NCBI GenBank assembly: GCA_904063045.1
Contig: CAJFCJ010000002.1
Coordinates: 2,224,161-2,288,160 of the forward strand
Source of the DNA: Dimorphilus gyrociliatus
Lineage: Eukaryota; Animalia; Annelida
Direction of reading: 5' to 3'
DNA: 64,000 nt
Below the pieces are notes generated by a model that saw only the letters and a program-made list of their open reading frames with translations, was not told the DNA's origin and did not search any database. Positions 1-13,360 of the stretch are shown piece by piece. The first letter of the stretch is position 1. Each line of letters opens with the position of its first letter. The position numbers and the translations under genes are program-made.

Positions 1-203
1 TGATAGGTTAGTTTATTAAAAGAGATGGTATCTTCTATTTTAGTTTATTCGTTGATTTCCGTTGAGTAACAATAGATAATGATAACTAGATGTAAACAAA
101 CAAAGATATTTAAATATAGTATACTATTCATATACTCTAACAATTTCTTTTATACTGTGTATATATATATATACATATATATTGTATATCACATATAGCT
201 ATA

Positions 204-2119
204 TCATAGACTAATACCGGATTCGCTAAGTATGTATCTAGCTATATCAGCGAATATTGTATTTGAATTTTTCAAATTTTCTTCATTCAATAACTCGGGT
301 GGAGTTGGTAAAGTCCAATGAAAGGCAAAAGCATCTTCTTTCCAATTTTTTATTGATTCCGAATTAAGATGATGAATACTTTCATTATGATAATTTTTCC
401 AATAAGTCGGATGGCATTTATATTCAAAACATGTTATTTGTAACTTTGGATCTATTTTTAGCAAGTTCGGATGTAATTCTTTCAGTCTATATGGAAATCT
501 AAGACCGTTGAATGACCAATCTTTGTCTATAAACCAGGACATGGATTTTTGAAATAATTTCCAATATTTTGCTCCCCGTTTTCCTGCTGTTACTCCAAAG
601 TTAATTGTATCGGGCCACGGGTCATTCCAATAAGTCCAATCATATGTGGCGACTGCATCGTAAGATCTAATTGAGTTTAAGAACCGAGTTAATAAATTTA
701 CTCATTGAGTATTGTATTATGTAAAGAATACTTGGTAATCGATTACTAAAAAATACCTTAATTCTCTTGTTAACGGTCGAACAAACGCAGTATCTGTATC
801 CACATAAATTCCTCCATATTTTACCATAAAATCAACTCTCCAAACGTCTGTCATATGGCTAACTATATTGACATCATTTCCATAAACTGCTTTAGGATTT
901 TCCCTATATATGTGGCGAAGTTTAGGATTGTGTTTTACTTTATACCAATAGGGACCACTGGGTGGTAAATCTCCATGAATATAGACCATATCCACCTACA
1001 ATATAAAAGATGCAAATTATATCACTAATAGGTATAATATGTTAGTTTTATCAGACCTTTGCAACATAAATTAAGCTTAAAACTCCCAAATAGAATAAAA
1101 AATCCATTTTGCCACCACCCAACCAAACAATATGAGCAATATTTGGTATTAATTCTCTGTCATCTTCAATGGGAACTGCAATTTTCGGACTTCCATATAA
1201 TATATTTCTAACTTCCCTGGAAAATTTGGTCTTAGTCTCCCAAATATCCTTTGGAAATAGTACACGCGGCGTACTACTGCAAAGAATACGTTTATTATAT
1301 TTTGAGACGCTTTGCAACTCTTCATAGGTATGACATTTGGCCATTCTAGTTTTCAGCTTTTTATCCTATTATGAGAGGAGGGAGAGGGAAATTAATGATT
1401 AGAAATGTATTTAAATCGAATTGGATTAGTTAATTTATGAAAATAAACACCTTAAGTAATTCGAGAAAATTTCTTCTTCCTGGTAAATTGTATCTTGCTA
1501 ATAGAAATCCTGTTCTATTTTTGAAATTTATAGCATCAATAAAATGATATTTTCTAAGAACTAAAGGAAAATATGTTATTAATGTATTTTCTCCAATAAA
1601 TAATCCTCCCATTTCACTTAATCTATTTAATATCCATGGTATATTGTACACTTTGTGAGATGCACATGCCGATTTTGTTTCAATTAGTTTAAAAAATGGA
1701 TATTCTTTTTTGATATAATCAATCCAATTGTTATATAACCATCTGTCTAAAACTGGATAGTTATCATAATAAAAGTAGACATTGTCAGGGTTAAGATTCT
1801 TTATTGCGCTTATCACGCTCAGATAATGACTAAATTCAAACCACCTCTTTCCACACCACACGTAGAAAATATTATTTGGTGCTATATCTGATGCCAGTAC
1901 AGTTTTAGAATTTTCAACTAAAATCTCCTGCGGTACATTCTTTGGTTCAGGATGAATATCAACCAATGGGTGAAGATGTAAATCCATATAAGTTCTTTCA
2001 TCTTGTGATCTTGTATTCTTTGATTTTGTGCATTGAGGATAAGGATAAATGAAAAGGATAATTAATCCGAAAATAACAAAAGGAGGAAAAAGAATTTTAA
2101 ATCGACTAGACCGGAACAT
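204..2119 (-). CDS. Type II membrane glycosyltransferase, GT32 / alpha-1,4-GlcNAc/Gal-transferase-like, two tandem domains (4 exons)
   Basis: ORFs 1430-2227, 1051-1344, 717-995 and 204-542 join in frame through GT-AG introns (ELLK|DKKLK, VAK|VDMV, ELR|SYDAV). N-terminal anchor MFRSSRFKILFPPFVIFGLIILFIY (ATG 2119). Domain 2 has IPNIAHIVW and YGGIYVDTD (DxD). Domain 1 has APNNIFYVW and MGGLFIGEN. Confidence 0.8.
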
Positions 2120-2297
2120 TATGCGCACGATTCCATGCACACCTCCTAGACTCTTTAATATTGACACGTCTAATAGTAAAAAAGACCAACAAAAGAAAGA
2201 GGAATTCTTAAATAGTGGCGCCCTCAATACCTGAATGCGTGTTCAACGAATAAAACAAACTATGTTTCTATTTATTTAAACCTTAATATATTGTTTA

Positions 2298-2873
2298 TTA
2301 TTTATTGTCCTTTTTATAAATATCGTCTCTTTCATTCCTATTATCCTTATTAATTTTAATCGCTATTTCATCTTTCACAGCTGATTTTGCAACACTTTCC
2401 CTCAGTTGATAGCAAGCCATATGTAAATCTTTCATATTAATATCAGGCCTAGTTATAGATTTTGTTTTTCTTCTATTAGATTTTTTTGCTAACTTCTTTC
2501 GCCAAAATATCCATAGTATAGTTAATAATGTTGAACCAACTATTAATAATGAAATACCTAATATGGCAAGTTGAGAATTTCCCGAAGATTTGGATATCTT
2601 TCTATGTAAAGCTTGAAAGTTATTCGAATGAACTTGAGTAGTATTAATGTTATTTTCATAAGTTGCTAATAAAAGTTAGTTTTTTTTTTTTAAAAAAAAA
2701 AAGAAAAAAAAATATCGTTCATTTTTTTTTATTTATTTTATCTAACTTTTATTAAAAAACATTGAAACATTTGAATATTTTAAAGAATGTGATAAATCAT
2801 TTGTTTTGACAATATTTTTTAAATTAGTTATAGATAATAAACATAATAATGTAACATATGCCAAAACAATCAT
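2298..2873 (-). CDS. Small orphan single-pass membrane protein (2 exons)
   Basis: Hydrophobic N-terminus MIVLAYVTLLCLLSIT, then a phase-1 intron (AAA A|gttaga...ttattag|CA). Exon 2 reads TTYENNINTTQ...AILGISLLIVGSTLLTILWIFW-RKKLAKK...YKKDNK*. Exon 2 is absent from the ORF track. Confidence 0.6.
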
Positions 2874-3218
2874 ATTGTAGGAAAAGTTGAATGTAAAGTT
2901 TTTCTTTTGAAAACAAAAATTTGAATTAATAATTATCATCAATATTATAAACTTACGATATGAAAATTACAAGAGAACTTAGAAATCAGACGGATATCAT
3001 CTTGACAATACACTGACCTTGAACTCTTCCGCCAATAGAATAAATCTACAGTTAATCTGAAATTTGAAAAATTATGCGCAACCTAAGAATTGCCTCATCA
3101 AAAGCAGACGACATTTAATTGGTCAAAGTTTTATATTTTCAATATAAAATCAAGTTTGCGGTATTAGCTTTAGTGTATTCTTTATATTAAAATCGCCAAA
3201 GAGTAAAAAAGAGAAAGG

Positions 3219-5144
<1,926 letters not shown>

Positions 5145-5483
5145 TTATATTAAATACAGACATGCGTTTTTCTAAAAATATTTATCAGGCTAAAAATAGA
5201 ATTTAATTATAAATTTTTTACTAATATCCTCTGAAAACATTATATTACTTAATATTTCATATTTTCGTATGAAATTTCTATATTTTATCAGTTAAATAAG
5301 GCGTTTGAAAGATATTTCTTAGTTTAAATCAACAATAATTCGCTACTAGATGGCGGTTATTTCTGACAGGAAATCAAATTTTTGACTGAGTCCTAATTCC
5401 GAGTGTTTTTCCTTATAGTTTGTGTTTTTTGTTTTTCCACTTTTTTCCTGTTCTCACTTTCTTATTTGATATTTACAATTCAA

Positions 5484-6222
5484 ATGCCAGGACGAGGAAG
5501 AGGAAAAATGGCCGATAGATCGGAAGAACAGAAACACGCTGCGGGAGATAATAAAAATTTTCCAGCATCTACAGCAGTGAGTGATAATACAAGAAAATTA
5601 TGTCGCCTGTCCGTTACTAAAAATTGAATTTTATATTAGCAGATGGATTCTTTAGCAACGAAAATTCAGAATTTAGATTTAAGTAATGCGAAGCAGTCAG
5701 ATTTTGACACATTTCAGCAGGTTGCGATGAACATTGATGGATTTGATAAAGAAATGGTTGACGTCATTGCCGGAAACCTTTTCAATTTTGTGTCAAAGAA
5801 TTGGTTATTAGCCGAAAACGCTTCTCATTTATGTAAAGCCCTGTGTTCTTCAGATTCGCAATTTTCAGATGATTTCAGAGCTATATTTTTGACTAAATTA
5901 CAAGCAGGCTACATGGGTTTGTTGATTTCATTAAAAAATATATTGTTTACCTGTTTTTTCTTGAAAAAAAATTAATCTTCAGCACGAGCCGAGCAGCGAA
6001 ATACGGACATTGGTCTGGGTTATGCTGCAATTTTATGCCAGTTTTATGCAAACGTGTTTTTAAAGGATGGATCGCGGATCTCAACTCTGATTCAGCCTAT
6101 ACTAGACACTTTACATATGCTGACGGATTGGAACGCTACTGACCAAGAAATTTTAGTCGCCTCCAGACAACTGATGGTATGTATTATTAAAAAACAAAAT
6201 TGTTTATTGTTTTAAGACTATA

Positions 6223-6279
<57 letters not shown>

Positions 6280-6536
6280 GTATTATCTTATAATTAGGCC
6301 ATAGGACCCCTCTTGGAAAATGAACGACGCTTGTCTGATATTTTTAGAACTATCGAAAACAGAGTTATTGATGCCACGTAAGATATTATCAAAAGTTTGC
6401 CTATTTGTGTGTTTTATAGAAAAATCGATTCTTTTTGTTTAGGGGCAGCGAAGATGCTAGACGCAAGTTGCTAAGTGTTGTAAAGGCTAAGTCGTCCAAT
6501 TGGCAGCTAAGAGAAGAAATTTTAAAGAAATGGTAA
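5484..6536 (+). CDS. MIF4G-domain protein (MIF4GD/SLIP1/CTIF-like)
   Basis: Spliced MPGRGRG...MDSLATKIQNLDL...FRAIFLTKLQ...LGYAAILCQFY...LIQPILDTLHML...ARRKLLSVVKAKSSNWQL...KKW*. The helical pattern and the terminal 'R..LL.vv..kssnW' match MIF4G helix repeats. Confidence 0.65.
6226..6280. repeat. (TA)n microsatellite, intronic
   Basis: Direct reading; similar TA tracts at about 16770-16800, 17870-18000, 20060-20120, 21330-21360 and 54325-54400. Confidence 0.95.
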
Positions 6537-7156
6537 AATTAATTTTTGTATTTCTTAAGCAGAAACGGAAATAGTATTTCTTCCTTAATATTGTTTTGTA
6601 TATTTACACATAACATATGTATTTCTGAAAATATGATAAAAGAAAAACATGAGAGCTGAATTGCCAGGACTTAAAATTTTATATTCCTTGAATCCACGGT
6701 ATAGATCTATTTAGTTTTATTGTTCGGACAAAGTCCAGCAGCTCACATTTTTCTGTAAACTATAATTTTAAATTTCTTAAAATATCATTTATGAAATTTG
6801 AGTACTTTATGCCTCAATCTACCGTTTTCATGTCAACTTATTTCAATAGATATATTTCATTCAAAGCTTAAGATTTAATAAAACTTATAAGATAAGCTCT
6901 TCCATAAAAAATATTTTTAGCAAAAAATTTATTAAAATATTGTGTAAATGTTATTTTAATTCACAACATAAAATTTGACATTGAAAATAATGTCGTACAT
7001 AGTTTTACCACAATACATACAAGAGTGGCGAACTTACTAAAACGAATAGTTAATCTTGCTTTTACATTTGTGTTATATATGTTTTTTTCTTGTTTTTCAA
7101 TTTTCTACTACAGTATAGCGAGCCACTTGAAAAACACTTGTATATATTGTTTTTGC

Positions 7157-10100
7157 TCAGTGTCTTTCTCTCTTGTCGTAGACAAACAGATTAGTCATAT
7201 TGGGTAGAGTCTTCTCTGACCGTAGTTTAAAACTATATTTGACAAACAGAATATGAATTAATAATTAAGTATGAATAATAAATTGTTAGAATAGGCTTAC
7301 TCTTTATTCAAATGATTGTTAAAAGTGGAGGATTCTTTCGTTGAATGAATAATTAAAGAACCGTCTTCTTTAACCATTTCTCTCATTCTTACCAGAAAAG
7401 CTGTATTATAAGTCAAATTTGTTCGTTTTTTTCTACATAATATGTATTTTATCTTATACTAACGCCTCTCGTCCAGATCATTGAGTAAAGATAACAATAT
7501 AACATCAAAATTTTCTAATTCATTAGGGAGCCAGGACATCTGTAATTAAGAAGCTATGATTATACATTGACAGTCGTATCTATTTTATCATTTGGGCGCA
7601 TTTTTCAAACATATTTTTAGATTTTATCTAAATTACAACCGTTTGAGAAATTCAAGACAAAGTTTAGAAATGTATGTGAAATAGTTCTCTGAGATAAAAA
7701 AAAACTTATATTATTAACTACTTACTTGAATAAATATAATGTTATTCTCCTTATTTTGGACTTGTATATCATATTCATTGTTTTCCTTATCAGTTGGAAC
7801 TTTCAATATTTGACCCTCATTTAGTTTCTGGCATGCATCTATGAATCTCGATCTTCTATCTATTGCAACAACGCTATTAAAAAACTTAGCTATATTGAAA
7901 GTAACATAGCCAGCTGAGCAGCCAAAATGTAACAGTCTTCTCTCATTTCTCTCACTATCGCTTAAATGTAGAACAGTTTGTAGTTCTCTCACAAAGCGAT
8001 CGTTAACTTTAAGAATATACTCGTTCAGCAATTGTTGGTTAATTATTTTCTACAAATATTAGAGAAAATGAAGCTTTAATTTGCATTTTAAACGGTTCAT
8101 TTTTACCTGTGAATTATATCTGATAAAGGTAGAAAAACTTTGCTGATATTTTCCTTTGTAATTCTCGGTGAATTCTCCTTGATTCTCTATCATTAAAACA
8201 GCAAATGATTTACGAAGCGTTTATATTGCAATTTATCGTTTACTCTGAACACCGTATCCTATTAAAAACAATTCATCCGAAATAAATAGCGCTGGTAGTG
8301 GAATGTCTTCAGCTTTGTCTGTAATTGAATAGGCAAGCCTAAACCCTGAGTGTTGGAAGAAATGTCTTCTAAAGGCATATCTTGAAAATCGCGATGCTTC
8401 GTTGCCCGTTGAAGCCCATGATCCTCCCTTAAGTAAACATAAGGCTGGAGTTGTTATAAGTTCGTTTAATTTTATGTAATAGTCTTATCTACCAATATTA
8501 GATTATGTCTTCCATCAAAAGTTGGAGTGCTAAAATCTTCATATAAATGGTGTGTTTCGAATCCAGGGAATCCGTTCATATGATCAACTAACCACTCCCA
8601 AACGTTGCCCAGTGTGTCATAAAATCCCTTAGAGTTCGACGAATATTTATTTACGGCCTATAAAAGGAGACGGATTAAAGAATGAGCTGATTAAATATAT
8701 AATTCAATATAAATTAAATGGTAACTTACGCAGCTGGAGCCATATTCAAAAGCAACGTTCGCTTCTCCCGGTTTTAGAACGTGAATTTTATCACAATCAA
8801 CTGAATTATTTATCGGTATGTCTTCGCTTATAATTGAAAATTCAGCTTCGGTAGGTAATCGATACAATGGCCCTTTCCATCGACAAAAAGCTTGAGCTTC
8901 TAAAAAATTAACTTCAACTGGCCAATCCAGTGGCATATCAACCACATCAAAAATACATCGAAATTTGTAGTCGTCCCCCGAGGAAAGATTACATCGAGAA
9001 ACGGTTTGTATAGGATTGCCGCAACCAGAATTACAGCCTATCAATTCAAAGAAACAATCCTCTTAGTTTAAATTGTTTATTATAGTATTTCATTTTTACC
9101 TTTATTGCACACCCAAAACGTAGGGTGTCTAACTTTGCGAAATTCTTTCCATTGCCAGCCTTCATCTGACCAAAAATCTCTCTAGAAGTTATATTCAACT
9201 TAATTAAAAGATTCTGTCTAACTTATCAAATTATTCACCTTATCATATCCACCATCTTGAACAAACTGTAAAAATTCTCGATTACTGATCAAGTATTGAC
9301 TGGCGGCAAAAGGATCAACTCTGGAAATATCAAGATTAGATTGGAAAGTAATTCGCTATGATGAAAACTACTCCAATTTAATTTTGCCATATTCGTTGTC
9401 CCAACCAAAAGATGGAAAATCGGTGGATTTACCCAATTCTCTTGTAGAGACCTCGCTGATTTTTATCATGTGATTTTCACCAGGTGGAGATTCACTCTTC
9501 AGTGGTGCATAGACCCATCCGTTTGGTCGGGAAACTAGATCGATAGGTAGTTGTCGTATTAGGACAGAAGAAGTTTCAATATGTATTCTTTCATGCTCTA
9601 TTCCTAAAACAACTCCCCACTGTAATATAGATAAAGCACGTTAAAATACCATTCCGATTGGATCATTAAAAATTTTTTACCCAGGGACTCTCTTTTGTAA
9701 TAGGAAGTTGTAAAGGAGTCCTCTCAATAACTTTAAGAACTAAGTCTCGAACATTTTTACGATATTCAACGACATCTTTCAATTCGGGCCATCGAAAGCT
9801 GTTTCCCATTCGAAAATGTTCCTGTAGATAGTTTCCTCTTAGTTTAATTGTTGTTGTATAAAGTTGCGAAGCAACCGAATATACAATATTTGGTCTATGC
9901 TATTTTCTATTAATTTCAAAATTATCTGACATATGTGAAGATAAAATATCAAGGGTAAACTTGAAGTAAAAACTAATACAAAGGTATTTTAGTGTAATTA
10001 CCTCGGATATAATCATCTAAGCCATATTAAATATCATCTCAGAATAAAGATTATGTTTTGAAATTATGACTAATAAGTTATAAATGTTTGTTTTTTTTTT

Positions 10101-10979
10101 GTTTTGTTGAATAAATAAGGTACGCAAATATGCATTCAGGGTAATTGCAGGATTGATTTAAAATCAATATTCCAAGTGAGTTACCTGGTAACTTCTTATG
10201 CAAATGAGATACAGTAAGAATTCTGTTTCTGTATCTTCTAGATCAAGTCACCTGTCTAGTAATTGCTCTAACCCCCTTTCTCTTCCCACACGATGTTTTA
10301 AGAATAGAACCGGTGCATTTTAAATCATAAACTGGTATATACTATTAATATGAAGAAAGCAAAAGAATTCGAGTATTTAGTTATATTTCTTCTCTTTAAC
10401 TTACAAAAGAAAATATGGTTGACATTTCCATTAAAAAAGATATATAAGAAATTCTTTACTCACTGTATCATCCCATGAATGTTCATCTACTCCCGTTTCG
10501 AACAATTTTTCGAATTCAAAATTAACTCTTTCTTCAACCTAAACGATAAATTAATAAATTAGTTCTTCCTTTCCTTATTTCCCTTGTACAAATACGAACT
10601 TGAACTAAGTCAGCCAGGACAAGCTTATTAATGTATACACAAGCTGTATGGCCATAATAGAATATTAAGGGTAATCTCAAACGATCGGGACACATATAAA
10701 ACACTTTTGAATCTATTATGAATAGAATTACATTGTTTAATTTATAATACTTTGAATATGAACACTAAACTAGATACCTTTTAAACCGAGGAAAAGGGAC
10801 TCGTTTAGATCGTATGCATTTTCAAAATACGATTTTATTTGTCTATTTAACAGAATTTCAATTTCTTAAAAGTATAGTATTCTATTGATATAAACTCACT
10901 CTTTAGTGCAACAACTCAAATCGCAAGGATTTGTAGCTTTGAAGGTGACATTTCCAGTCAGTAGATCTTTTCCAACCAT
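7157..10979 (-). CDS. ovoA: Ovothiol synthase OvoA (5-histidylcysteine sulfoxide synthase: DinB-like + FGE-sulfatase-like + SAM-methyltransferase domains)
   Basis: CPDRLRLPLIFYYGHTACVYINKL; GVDEHSWD; iron-binding HX3HXE motif GIEHERIHIETSSVLIRQLP; DWPVEVNFLEAQAFCRWK..YRLPTEAE; GNVWEW; GGSWASTGNEASRFSRYAFRRHFFQHSGFR; C-terminal LHFGCSAG...AIDRRSRFIDA...SWLPNE. The last exon and stop are less certain. Confidence 0.92.
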
Positions 10980-11307
10980 GCTGCGAGAGTGTTGTCTAGA
11001 CGGGAGTTGTAGAGTGAATGACTATGAAATCGAGGCTTTTTTATATATATAGGAGTAATTTAAATATTGATTATCTAAAAGAATTGCTCAACCAGGTAAT
11101 AATGAGTGTTGCTATGTCATTATATAGGACATGGAAAAGTTTAGAGGAATCAGAAAAAAATTTGTCCTATCTTATTACGATTCCTATTGGACAATTTTAC
11201 GCATACTGTTCTTGGAAATTTTATCTTTTATTATTTAAATAAGATAAGTTTGTATAGTCAATGTCGTTCTGAACTTGATCTGTTAGATTATTTTTCAGAA
11301 TTTCAAA

Positions 11308-12333
11308 ATGGCGACCGATACCAGTAACCAAGAGGTATGCCCGTGCGATTTAACACCTATATCTCGAGGTGAGAGAGAAGAAAAAAAAATAGACCTTAAT
11401 GACGTTAAAGACAAAGTGATCTACGATGAAAACGGTAAAGAATATAAATTTGAAGAAATATACGAGGATAAGAAATCTATTATAGTTTTTGTTAGAGTAA
11501 GTATCAATAGTAGACTCTTTGTTTTGGCAACTGAAAATTGTTAAATTAAAGTATATTTTACTTCCCCCAAGCAGCATTTTCTCTGTTTCGTCTGCAAAGA
11601 ATATGTAGAAGACTTATCTCTAATATCTGATAACCTATTAAAAGTATGGAATAATAGATAGAATTTTTTTATCAAAATAAAGAACACAAATATTGATGTT
11701 TCGTTTGTCATATTATAGAAAGCCAATGTAAGATTAGTTGTTATTGGATGTGGACCATTCAAGTTTATTAAGGTATTTAAATTAAGATAAAAACTTTTGA
11801 ATAAGTAATTAATGGAAACCGGTTTTTTTTAGTCATTCAGAAAATTAACCGGCTATAAGGGATTCCTCTTCGTTGATCCTGAGAGGGAAATTTACAAGAA
11901 ACTCGGTATGATTGAATCATTAAAAAGTGGTAATTTGGCAGGTAAACAAACATCTATTTAATTATTAAAATAAAGGTGTTTTCTTATCATTCTTTTGTTA
12001 TTTTTATCAGGAGATAAACATATTAAATCCAGAGCTATTGTTGGAGTGATCAAATCAACTTGGTGGGCTTTAGGATCAAGAGAATTTCAGGGAGACATTA
12101 GACAGCAGGGAGGTTCTTTAATTGTCGGACCAGGTATATATAATTAATTAAATTTTATTGAAACCCAATGAACTTTCACTTGTATTTTATTTATAAATTA
12201 TCCAGGTCCTATCCTTCATTTTAGTCACATTGACAATTGTTCCGCTGATCACAAACCCATCAATTTTCTTCTAGATAAAGCTGGTGTTGATAATGTTAGT
12301 TTTCCAAAAGATCCAAGAGTGCAAGATGTGTGA
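11308..12333 (+). CDS. PRXL2C: Peroxiredoxin-like 2C / AAED1 (AhpC-TSA-like, CxxC)
   Basis: Spliced IIVFVRHFLCFVCKEYVEDL...VRLVVIGCGP...FVDPEREIYKKLG...FQGDIRQQGGSLIVGPGPILHFSHIDNCSADHKPINFLLDKAG. Confidence 0.88.
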
Positions 12334-13074
12334 CGTGGACTTTGAAATCAGGTTGAAATTCGGCACAATTAATCACCGTTTATTGAAATGACTTGAGTTT
12401 TCTTTTTTGTATCTTTCATTGCTATTTAAATTTCAACAATAAAGTGATTTGAAGTTTTATAGTTGATAGTCTTTTCTTTTCTTGAAAGTGAATAGAATCT
12501 ACTTGCAAAGTGAGTTATAATAGGGAATTCTCTTTTTCAAAACAAGAATGATTCATGAAACTACAATTGCACAAGAATTGACAATTAACTGAGAATTCAA
12601 AACTTTATGATATTTAATGATTGGTCTAAGAAATTTTATTGAATTAGTTCACTATTTCTTTTCTTAAATGGTAGATGGCGCTGCAGGGTTATTTACCCGC
12701 ATATTTTATTTAGCGTTGTTTATCACAAATTGTAGACATGAACATTTTAAATGCCCTGCAGTTTTTTTAGAATTTTTTAAATTAGCTGTGAAATAACAGC
12801 TTGATAATAAATAAAGAAAAAGCAACATATTTGAAGATTATCAAACTCTTTTAAAGTATATGATATATATTTGCAACTCTCATATTCTGCGTATAGTATT
12901 TCGAAAGTGTTTATTTATTGAGGTTAATATAGTCTTTAGGTTAAAATTTCGCAAAATTTTTACACTTTTACCAAGCAAATTGGGGGGGGGGAAATGCAAT
13001 TTTGTAGTTTCTATTTGTCGTGTCGCCATACCAACAGTGTTTACACCTACTTGATTTAGGGTTGGTTGAGAATG

Positions 13075-13084
13075 GTCACGTGAC
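13075..13084. promoter_or_regulatory. Palindromic GTCACGTGAC (E-box / CLEAR-type) upstream of Cdc14
   Basis: Exact 10-bp palindrome about 280 bp before the Cdc14 ATG, in a locally GC-richer stretch. Confidence 0.4.
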
Positions 13085-13360
13085 ATCTACTTCGCCTCGT
13101 TTTGACATCGCCTCTCTACAATATGGCGGAACATCGTCATCGCCTAAAATTCAGTGTAGTTTAGTTAACTTTTCACCGTTAAACAAGCGTCGGCCATCTA
13201 GTGATATAGATTCAACAAAACAACTGTTTTATTTATAATTGGATAACTACAAAAAAAATCAACATTTCTAAATAACACTTAAAAAACGTCAAAGCGTCTA
13301 AGAAAACATTTGAAGCTTCGAAATCGCCGCCGTACTTAATACGTTTTTACTTGGAATATT

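Noticed and set aside
7714-8031. OvoA methyltransferase motif I reads LHFGCSAG rather than LDxGCxxG, suggesting a dead domain
   Set aside because: The GC..G core, the acidic residue after strand 2 (AID) and WLPNE remain, and I recall metazoan OvoA varying here, so loss of function cannot be supported from sequence alone.
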